64,000 bases of DNA from Candidatus Defluviicoccus seviourii (GTDB lineage: Bacteria > Pseudomonadota > Alphaproteobacteria > Rhodospirillales > Defluviicoccaceae). The notes under the pieces were generated by a model. It made no database searches. It was not told the DNA's origin and saw only the letters and a program-made list of their open reading frames with translations. Shown here in pieces: positions 55,592 through 64,000 of this stretch; within the stretch, counting starts at the first letter, position 1; every line of letters begins with the position of its first letter. The translations under genes were made by a program, and so were the position numbers. Location: the NCBI GenBank assembly GCA_900609035.2, contig UXAT02000012.1, forward strand, positions 77,278 to 141,277, given 5' to 3'.

Positions 55592-57250
55592 TCAGAACAG
55601 ACCGTCGTCGATCGTGGTGAAGTCGAGCGCCGTCACTTGCGCCGGCACGACGCCTTTGAGGCCCAACAGCTTGGTGCCGAGAGGATCGTGAAGCCACGTG
55701 TAGTTCCACGTGGGATCGTGGCTTAAGCGAAGGTCCGCAAAGCGCAAGCCACCGGTCAAGCCGACCTTGTCGATGCCATCCTGGAAATCGTAGAACTTGT
55801 CCGTCCCCTGACCACGTTCGATCACGAAAACGTCGGCACCCGCTTGGCCGAAAAAGAAGTCATCGCCGGAACCACCGGAGACCGTGTCATTACCGCTGCT
55901 GCCGTAGATGGTATCGTTGCCGCCCAGGCCTTGGAGCAGGTCGTTTCCGCCGGTACCCTTCAGGACCTCGGCCGTGCCGGTGCCATCGACGCGGACAAAA
56001 CTCGTGGAGGCCGATGTCGTCCCGCCACTGCTACTGCCGGCAGCCGTGCTGGTGGTGCTGGTGGTCGCGCTGCCGCTGCTGCTACCGGCTGTAACGAAGT
56101 CGCTCGCATCCAGCTTCGTCGGCAGGATGTACTTGAGGCCCATAAGGGCGTTGCCGGCCTTGTCCGTCACCCAAGTATATTGCCAAGTCGAGTCGTAGCG
56201 GAAGCGCAAGTCCTCGAAGCGCAATCCTGCACTGAGGCCAATCTTGTCGGTGCCGTCAATGTAATCGAGCACCTTGTCCGGTCCCTGGCCGGGCTCGATC
56301 ATGAAGAGGTCGGCACCGGCGCCACCGAATATGAAGTCGTTGCCCGGACCTGCAAAGATCGTGTCGTTGCCGCCGCCGGCTTCGATCGTATCGTCGCCAC
56401 CGAGGCCCGAGATCTGCTCGGATACGGCGGTGCCCTTGACCGCATCGCGGCCGGCGGTGCCGACGATGCTACTGGTGCCACTGCTGCCGGTGCTGCCGGT
56501 GCTGCCGGTGCTACCCTGATTTTCCTGGTAGACACGCACCCAATCGACCAACAGCTCCGCACCATCGACTGCGGATGTCGGCTCCCCCGCCCAGGCGCCA
56601 CCCACGGTCAGGTTGAGGATCGGGTAGAAGAACTGATCAAAGGGACTCCCCTGCCCACCACCGACGGCACGAGCGTACTCGGTGTCGGTGATCGTCCCGA
56701 ACGCTTTACCGTCGACATAGAACGTCAGCTCAACATGCCCGTCGCTGCCCTGGTCCCACTCCATACCCCAAGTGTGCCAACCCTGCGACCAGTCGGTGCC
56801 ATTGGCAGCAACGTACTTCTGGGCGTGATTGCCGTTGGCTGCGTAGTGCACGGTTGAATAACCGTGCGTCAGCTCTCTGGAGGTGCCGAGATACTCCAGG
56901 ATATCGATCTCACCCGACTTCGGCCAATACCCATAGACATTGTCGCGCGGCATCATCCAGAGTGCGGACCACAGTCCCTGGCCGGCGGGTAGTTCAGCGC
57001 GGACTTCAATGTAGCCGTACTTCCAAGCTTCCAGATTGCGGCCATGGACCAGGCCGCCATACCAGCCGTCAGAGCGCTGATCGACCGCTAAGTGCAGATA
57101 TCCATTCCCAACGCTAACAAGACTCGGATCCCATGCCTTGATGGTTCCGTACCGGTCCGGCCAAGTTTGGGAACTGCCCTTAATCCATTTGCTGGAGTCG
57201 AAGTAATTGAACTCGTCGGACCAAATCAGCTTGTACTGGCTCAGATCCAT
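55592..57250 (-). CDS. GH16 beta-glucanase with RTX Ca-binding repeats (ExsH-like architecture)
   Basis: WSDEFN, GLWSALWM, catalytic SGEIDILE, WHTWGMEW, LNLTVGG; S/T/G linkers; GGxGxD repeats; duplicated C-terminal module; no Sec signal. Confidence 0.88.
   Translation of the reverse strand: MDLSQYKLIWSDEFNYFDSSKWIKGSSQTWPDRYGTIKAWDPSLVSVGNGYLHLAVDQRSDGWYGGLVHGRNLEAWKYGYIEVRAELPAGQGLWSALWMMPRDNVYGYWPKSGEIDILEYLGTSRELTHGYSTVHYAANGNHAQKYVAANGTDWSQGWHTWGMEWDQGSDGHVELTFYVDGKAFGTITDTEYARAVGGGQGSPFDQFFYPILNLTVGGAWAGEPTSAVDGAELLVDWVRVYQENQGSTGSTGSTGSSGTSSIVGTAGRDAVKGTAVSEQISGLGGDDTIEAGGGNDTIFAGPGNDFIFGGAGADLFMIEPGQGPDKVLDYIDGTDKIGLSAGLRFEDLRFRYDSTWQYTWVTDKAGNALMGLKYILPTKLDASDFVTAGSSSGSATTSTTSTAAGSSSGGTTSASTSFVRVDGTGTAEVLKGTGGNDLLQGLGGNDTIYGSSGNDTVSGGSGDDFFFGQAGADVFVIERGQGTDKFYDFQDGIDKVGLTGGLRFADLRLSHDPTWNYTWLHDPLGTKLLGLKGVVPAQVTALDFTTIDDGLF
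56482..56508. repeat. 9-bp tandem repeat (TGCTGCCGG x3) encoding a Ser-Thr-Gly linker
   Basis: Three perfect copies inside the GH16 gene. Confidence 0.9.
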
Positions 57251-57635
57251 CGTGCTGGCTCCCTCCTGTCGGGTGGAGGCGGTCGATATGACCAATCGTC
57301 ACGACGCTGGCTGAAGCTCCGAGCACGCCGCACGAGGTCGAAGAACTGGAGGCGCCAGCCGCTCGCGCATGACGACCGCCGATCATTCGCTTGCATCGCA
57401 CGCGATGCTGGGCTTTCCCGGAGGTTGATGCGGCTGCCGGAGCGAAAGCCGCGCCGAAGATCCCTTTTTTGGCATGTACTTGACACCCGCCCAATTGGGT
57501 GAGTTGACGCTTAAAGGGTGTAAAAACCCGCATTTGGGTCTTTTTATGGCCAACGACCGTTGTCGGGTCGTCCGCCTTTTTTGGGATCGGTTGGAGGAAG
57601 GAGGGCCAGCCCCCGTGGTGGCAATCAAAGCCACG

Positions 57636-57659
57636 CGCCGGTCGGCATGCCGACCGGCG
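57636..57659. repeat. Perfect 24-bp palindrome CGCCGGTCGGCATGCCGACCGGCG
   Basis: Read directly; about 105 bp downstream of the molbindin stop codon. Confidence 0.85.
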
Positions 57660-57764
57660 AACAACAGCGCTCCGCGGCCGCCGCTCAGCGCGCGGGCCGG
57701 TGCACGACTATAATGCGGGCAAGTAGCGCTGCACGGTGGCGGTGCTGCGCCTCGTGCGAGTTTC

Positions 57765-58190
57765 CTAGTCGACGGCGAGGATGATGTGCGAAGCCTTGAT
57801 CAGCGCGGAGGCCCGTTCGCCTGGCTTGAGACCGAGGGCTTGGACGCTACCACCAGTGATGACCGCCGTCAGTTCCAGCCCGCCACCCAGATCGAGCGTC
57901 AACTCGCTGTTGATAGGCCCATCCATGACGTTGGTGACCACGCCGGCGAGACAGTTGCGCGCCGATACCTTGCCCGCATCGACGTCGCGGGCAAGCAGGA
58001 CGAAGTTCGATTTGATCAGGGCGGTTGCCTTGCGACCTGGCTTCAGATCAAGCGCGGCAACGCTCCGCTTGGTGACGATGGCGCAAATCGTCATCCCTGG
58101 TGCGATCTCCAGGTCCACCTCGGCGGAAATCGGCCCCTGATTGATCGCCTTGACGATGCCGGGCAAGGCATTCCGTGCGCTTGTTCTCAT
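57765..58190 (-). CDS. Molybdate-binding protein with two TOBE domains (Mop/ModG-like molbindin)
   Basis: Two repeats of SARN...G.V...GPI..E..L....AVIT..SV..L.LKPG..A.ALIK(A)S. Confidence 0.9.
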   Translation of the reverse strand: MRTSARNALPGIVKAINQGPISAEVDLEIAPGMTICAIVTKRSVAALDLKPGRKATALIKSNFVLLARDVDAGKVSARNCLAGVVTNVMDGPINSELTLDLGGGLELTAVITGGSVQALGLKPGERASALIKASHIILAVD

Positions 58191-58349
58191 TTCCGACCTC
58201 TCTGTTCACCACTGATGAACCACCGCTCGCTGACTGCTGTCGAAACGAGCGCGCGCTGCCCGCATTTGCATCAAGCGAACGCAACCACCCGCGCGAGCCG
58301 GCCCTCCGCTCGCGTCCGCCGCCCGCTCATGTCGCGACACGCAATAGCA

Positions 58350-58365
58350 CGCAAGATCCGCGCCA
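58350..58365 (-). promoter_or_regulatory. Sigma54 -24/-12 promoter for the molbindin gene
   Basis: Minus strand CTGGCGC-GGATC-TTGCG with exact GG-N10-GC spacing. Confidence 0.6.
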
Positions 58366-58630
58366 GCCCCGCGGGCACATGCGGCAGACGCGGATACGGG
58401 GCGTTTGGGCACGAAACGGCCGTCGGACGCGATGGTCGGTTGCCATTCTCGGCTGCAGAAGAGAGCAAAGCTGCTTCCACTCGCGAGCATGGAGCCATGG
58501 TCCCAACTTTGCTTGGTGTCGTGCGAACAACGAGTGCACCGTAATGAATGCGACCGGCCGCCCTTGTGGCGGCGATGGCAGTTGTGACCGCCACCCGAAG
58601 ACCGCGAACCGGGAAGCAGGAACCCCTCCG

Positions 58631-60259
<1,629 letters not shown>

Positions 60260-60292
60260 AGCGGGTCTGACGGGCCTCACGGTCGCTGCGGC

Positions 60293-60328
60293 TGTCGCAT
60301 CTCCGACACCGATGTCGCGTCCACAACA
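60293..60328. promoter_or_regulatory. Two tandem NifA upstream activator sites
   Basis: TGT-N10-ACA at 60293-60308 and 60313-60328, upstream of the nifB sigma54 site. Confidence 0.85.
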
Positions 60329-60384
60329 CGCGACAAACACCTCGCCAAAGCAATAAAAACAATAAAAACAACGAAGTAGAGAGA

Positions 60385-60400
60385 TGGCCCCAGCCTTGCA
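60385..60400 (+). promoter_or_regulatory. Sigma54 -24/-12 promoter of nifB
   Basis: TGGCCCCAGCCTTGCA; an A-tract repeat (CAATAAAAA x2) lies between it and the UAS pair. Confidence 0.85.
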
Positions 60401-60448
60401 TTCCCTGTCTCCGGTAAGGATCAGCCGAGACAGGGAAGGGCCAAAGCG

Positions 60449-61945
60449 GTGGCAGACACGATCGTTCCACTCGCAGAGTTGGCAAGGCGCCGGTCGCTTG
60501 GCGAGGCTCCCGCGGCAGGCGGATGCCGGGCTCCCGCTGGTGGTCGTGCCGGCGGCTGCGGCTCGACGGCAGCGCCGGCCGATATGCCTCCGGCGGTGTG
60601 GGAGAAGGTAAAGCGCCACCCCTGCTACAGCGTCGAGGCGCACCATTTCTTCGCCCGCATGCATGTAGCCGTCGCGCCGCGCTGCAACATCCAGTGCAAC
60701 TACTGCAATCGCAAGTACGACTGCGCGAACGAAAGCCGCCCCGGTGTCGTCAGCGAGCGGATGACGCCTGAACAGGCCGAGCGCAAGGTTCTGGCTGTCG
60801 CGGCCCGGATGCCGCAGCTCTCCGTCGTCGGCATCGCCGGACCGGGCGATGCGCTGGCAAACGCGGCCGCAACCTTCGAAACGTGCGACCGCATCGCCCA
60901 GCAGCTGCCGGACGTAGCCTTATGCCTCTCGACCAACGGCCTCGCCTTGAGTGAGCATGTCGACGCGATCAAGGCGCGCAACATTAGCCACGTCACGATC
61001 ACGATGAACGCAATCGATCCGGAGATTGCGGCCAAAATCTACGCTTGGGTCGTGATCGATCGCAAACGCTACGACGGTGTTGACGCCGCGCGGCTCCTGA
61101 TCGAACGCCAGCTTGATGGGCTCAAGCGAGCGGTCGCGGCCGGCCTGCTGGTCAAAGTCAATTCGGTAATGATCCCCGGCATCAACGACCAGCACCTGCG
61201 TGAGGTCAACGCCGAGGTGCGGCGTCACGGCGCGTTCCTGCACAACATCATGCCGCTCATCTCCGATCCCGCGCACGGCACGCGCTTCGGCCTCGACGGC
61301 CAGCGCGGCCCGAATGCGGCCGAACTGAAGACGTTGCAGGACTCGTTGTCCGGCGGTGCCAAGCTGATGAAGCACTGCCGGCAGTGCCGTGCTGATGCCA
61401 TCGGCTTGCTTGGCAACGACTGCGGCCAGGAATTCAACATGGCCAAGATCGAACCGGCAGCCGTCGCCGACGATCCAGGCACGCGGCAGGCCTATCGCGC
61501 CTTCGTCGACGAGGAACAGGTACAGCGAAACGAAGCATCGGCGCGGGCCGCGCGCACGCTTCGCACCGCGACCGGCGCTGCACCGATGTTGGTTGCCGTC
61601 TGCACAAAGGGCGGCGGTCGCATCAACCAGCACTTCGGCCACGCGCGCGAATTCCAGATTTTCGAGGCTGACCGGGATGGCGTGCGGCTGGTCGGACATC
61701 GGCGCACGCAGCACTACTGCCAGGGCGGTGACGGCAATGACGACGTCCTGGATCGAACCATCGAGGCGCTCGACGGCGTTTCGGCCGTGCTGTGTGCCAG
61801 AATCGGGTCCTGCCCAAAGGACCAGCTGACCGCCGCCGGCATTCGTGCCGTCGATGACTATGCGTTCGAATACATCGAAACCGCCGTCGCGGCATTGTTC
61901 CGGGAAGAGGCGGCGCGAGATGTCGCGCCGGCCCGGACGGCGTGA
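60449..61945 (+). CDS. nifB: FeMo-cofactor biosynthesis radical SAM protein NifB (with NifX-like domain)
   Basis: HPCYS, ARMHVAVAPRCNIQCNYCNRKYDCANESRPG, GIAGPGD, STNGL, CRQCRADA, INQHFGHA. Confidence 0.98.
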   Translation: MADTIVPLAELARRRSLGEAPAAGGCRAPAGGRAGGCGSTAAPADMPPAVWEKVKRHPCYSVEAHHFFARMHVAVAPRCNIQCNYCNRKYDCANESRPGVVSERMTPEQAERKVLAVAARMPQLSVVGIAGPGDALANAAATFETCDRIAQQLPDVALCLSTNGLALSEHVDAIKARNISHVTITMNAIDPEIAAKIYAWVVIDRKRYDGVDAARLLIERQLDGLKRAVAAGLLVKVNSVMIPGINDQHLREVNAEVRRHGAFLHNIMPLISDPAHGTRFGLDGQRGPNAAELKTLQDSLSGGAKLMKHCRQCRADAIGLLGNDCGQEFNMAKIEPAAVADDPGTRQAYRAFVDEEQVQRNEASARAARTLRTATGAAPMLVAVCTKGGGRINQHFGHAREFQIFEADRDGVRLVGHRRTQHYCQGGDGNDDVLDRTIEALDGVSAVLCARIGSCPKDQLTAAGIRAVDDYAFEYIETAVAALFREEAARDVAPARTA

Positions 61946-62014
61946 CGGCGGATGCCAGCAGCGGTCGCGCTACGCCCGACCCATGACACCACACTGCAAG
62001 GAGGACACAGAGCA

Positions 62015-62206
62015 ATGGCCTACCAAATCAATGCCGAGGAATGCGCCGGTTGCGGCGCCTGTGAGAGTGAGTGCCCCAACAAGGCGATCCGCATGAAGGG
62101 CGATGTTTACGCCATCGATCCCGCCAAGTGCACGGAATGCAAGGGCTTCTTCAAAACTCCGCAGTGCGTCCAGGCCTGCATTTCGGACGCCATCAGTCTC
62201 GCCTGA
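62015..62206 (+). CDS. fdxN: Nif-associated 2[4Fe-4S] ferredoxin
   Basis: CAGCGACESECP and CTECKGFFKTPQCVQAC; follows nifB; GGAGG RBS. Confidence 0.88.
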   Translation: MAYQINAEECAGCGACESECPNKAIRMKGDVYAIDPAKCTECKGFFKTPQCVQACISDAISLA

Positions 62207-62218
62207 CACTCAAGAGCA

Positions 62219-62248
62219 CCGGCGTCCGCGCCCGTCTGCGGACGCCGG
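62219..62248. other. 11-bp GC-rich hairpin between fdxN and nifT
   Basis: CCGGCGTCCGC / GCGGACGCCGG with an 8-nt loop and no U-tract. Confidence 0.7.
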
Positions 62249-62264
62249 CCACCCGGAGCGGCGA

Positions 62265-62477
62265 ATGAAGGTTACGATCAGCAAAGACGGCGCGGGTTTC
62301 CGCGTCTACGTTCCGAAGAAGGATCTCGAAGAGCGCGTTACCGGCACCGAACATGCTGAACTGTGGGGCGGTTGGATCGATCTCGCCAATGGCTGGCGCC
62401 TCGATCTGCCGCCGATGGCTGCTGCCGTTCGGCTGCCGATTACCATCGAGGCACGCAAACACCCCGACGCGGATTAG
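62265..62477 (+). CDS. nifT: NifT/FixU protein
   Basis: MKVTI...YVPKKDLEE...WGGWIDLANGW.LDLP...LPITIEAR. Confidence 0.92.
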   Translation: MKVTISKDGAGFRVYVPKKDLEERVTGTEHAELWGGWIDLANGWRLDLPPMAAAVRLPITIEARKHPDAD

Positions 62478-63376
62478 GGCGCGGTCCCAGCGCGTAGGCG
62501 CTCCGCCAAGCGCAATAGGCTTGCGACCTGGCCGTGAATCTCTTTGACCACCCCCTTGTCCAGCCGGTCCAGCCAGGCCTTCGGGATTTCTGCAGCGCCA
62601 TAGGTGGCGCCGGCTAGCATCCCAGCAAGTGCGCCGGCAGTGTCTGCATCGCCGCCGTTGTTGACCGTCGTAATGATGCAACTGCGAATGCTGTCGCTGC
62701 GGAAGTAGAAGTGCAGCACAGTCTGCAATGTGTCGACAATGAATGCTGAGCAGACGCCGTTGTAGCGATCGAAGCGGAACTGGGGATGCTGGGCGATAAG
62801 CGCCTTCGCTTCGGCGCGACACTCCGGGATGCCGCCTCCCATCAGTAGCCGCCGCACCATCCGGCCCAGTGCCAGCGTTGCCGCATCCGACAATGGGTGA
62901 TTGTGGGTGACATGGCACTGCTCGCGTGTCCACCGTTCGAACAGAGCCGGCGCATGGATGGTCGCGAGCGCCACGGGCAAATTACGCATGCATGCACCGT
63001 TGCCGGCATCGCCCTCGTTCAGTGGACCGGTGACGGATCCATCCGCCATATAGCGGCGGATCCCACGCCGACAGGTGTTGCCAACGTCGATCGGCACCTT
63101 GCGCATCCAGGCGACGAATTCGTCGCACACAGCCCGCACATCCCAGCCGTCTGCAGCGATCATCGCCCGACCGACGGCGAGCGTCATTTCCGTATCATCG
63201 GTAATCTGTCCCGGCTTCAAATTGAGCCAGCCGCCGCCGATCATGCGGACGTGCACGCCGTATTGGACGGCGATTTCGCCCTTGGTCATGAATTCGACCG
63301 TGGCGCCAAGCGCGTCGCCGACGGCGAAGCCAAGGTAGGCGCCAAGCGCGCGGTCCATCAGCATGGCATCAGACAT
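62474..63376 (-). CDS. draG: ADP-ribosyl-[dinitrogenase reductase] glycohydrolase
   Basis: GFAVGDALGATVEF, GGGWL, TDDTEM, GNGACMR, THNHPLSD, GGDADT. Confidence 0.96.
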   Translation of the reverse strand: MSDAMLMDRALGAYLGFAVGDALGATVEFMTKGEIAVQYGVHVRMIGGGWLNLKPGQITDDTEMTLAVGRAMIAADGWDVRAVCDEFVAWMRKVPIDVGNTCRRGIRRYMADGSVTGPLNEGDAGNGACMRNLPVALATIHAPALFERWTREQCHVTHNHPLSDAATLALGRMVRRLLMGGGIPECRAEAKALIAQHPQFRFDRYNGVCSAFIVDTLQTVLHFYFRSDSIRSCIITTVNNGGDADTAGALAGMLAGATYGAAEIPKAWLDRLDKGVVKEIHGQVASLLRLAERLRAGTAP

Positions 63377-63427
63377 CGAAACTCTTATTCTCCTTCTTCC
63401 CGCGCGCGATGGCGCCCGTCGCCGGCT

Positions 63428-64000
63428 TCAGTCGTAACGGGCACGGACCCGGTAGTCGCCGCCGATGGCCAACACCTCACCCTCGCCCTTCAGCGCATGG
63501 CGCGGCAGCAGTTCATTGAAAAAGAGCACTTTCGAGAGCGGCACGGCGGCTTCCAGGATCGTATCGCCGAACCAGGTCGCCATGTCGCGATGGGCGGTAA
63601 AGGAAATGAGGTTGTTGAGCCGCACCACCATCCGCCGCCGGTCCAGGCGTTCGACAACCTGATGCTCTGAGAAATCCACCACGCCGCGAAACAAAAGCCA
63701 GTGCCGGCAGTCCGGCGAAATGCGGCCAAGCGTCCACTGGCAAAACTCATAAAGCAGGTCGATTTGACTGTAGATCGCGTTGTTGTGAAAGCGGCTGCCC
63801 ATTTTCGCCTCGACGTAACCAACCCAGGCCGCATCGCCGAAGGTGTCGATCCTCCCCTTGTGGAACGTCGGAAACAGGCCGAACCGGCTCTCGACCCAGC
63901 CCTTCAGGACCGCGCCTTCGGGAGAGTTGCTGTCATAGGCCCAACCACGCAGGAGCCGGCTGTAGCTGGATCGGTAGCGGCGCCGATGGACGCTGTCCGG
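63428..64000 (-). CDS. draT: NAD+-dinitrogenase reductase ADP-ribosyltransferase (partial; N-terminus beyond the window)
   Basis: Hand translation SYSRLLRGWAYDSNSPEGAVLKGWVESRFGLFPTFHK runs into the tracked ORF (NAIYSQIDLLYEFCQW, RLNNLISFT, LKGEGEVLAIGG). Confidence 0.95.
   Translation of the reverse strand, partial: PDSVHRRRYRSSYSRLLRGWAYDSNSPEGAVLKGWVESRFGLFPTFHKGRIDTFGDAAWVGYVEAKMGSRFHNNAIYSQIDLLYEFCQWTLGRISPDCRHWLLFRGVVDFSEHQVVERLDRRRMVVRLNNLISFTAHRDMATWFGDTILEAAVPLSKVLFFNELLPRHALKGEGEVLAIGGDYRVRARYD

Noticed and set aside
56482-56508. 9-bp tandem repeat as a contingency locus or CRISPR
   Set aside because: It is in frame and encodes an STG linker; copy changes would not shift the frame.
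57400-57465. c-di-GMP riboswitch upstream of the GH16 gene
   Set aside because: Only a GCGAAAGCC-like fragment; the paired GNRA/receptor architecture could not be built on the coding strand.
57470-57484. TGGCATGTACTTGAC as a sigma54 promoter
   Set aside because: No GC dinucleotide at the -12 position and the spacing is off.

Overview
High-GC alphaproteobacterial chromosome segment, Rhodospirillales-like judging from gene order and protein sequences (inference). About the first 45 kb is core housekeeping: ffh, dapF-mtaB-ftsY, a class III cyclase, acuI, typA, rplU-rpmA-obgE-proB-proA, an acyl-CoA ligase, rpsT/dnaA-dnaN-recF-gyrB, mutM, ubiE-ubiB-coaBC-dut-Rrf2-cysK-moeB-dsrE, a GapR-like gene, a Liv-type ABC transporter, oxyR/ahpCD and frmA-fghA. 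After that come a DUF2760-Hsp70 pair, a partial Wzx/Wzy polysaccharide cluster with a secreted GH16-RTX glycanase, and the edge of a nif cluster (molbindin, nifA, nifB, fdxN, nifT, draG, partial draT). Best leads: (1) a ~2.2 kb integrase-free cassette inserted at the 3' end of proA. It is bounded by an 85-bp duplication of the proA end, encodes a Cx6Cx2C DUF5131 protein and a methyltransferase-fold TcmP partner, and has an exact alphaproteobacterial LexA box over its promoter. (2) An Rrf2 regulator directly upstream of cysK whose C-terminus (DFVI) resembles the CysK-docking tail of CymR. (3) A candidate unannotated sRNA with C-rich anti-Shine-Dalgarno motifs near 34.9 kb. (4) A DUF2760-Hsp70 pair that may be a dedicated chaperone plus GrpE-like cofactor. 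(5) A hairpin at the nifB sigma54 start site that could silence read-through from nifA. No rRNA, tRNA or CRISPR array was seen. Where my start coordinates differ from the ORF track, I chose them by eye from homology and RBS position. No searches were run.
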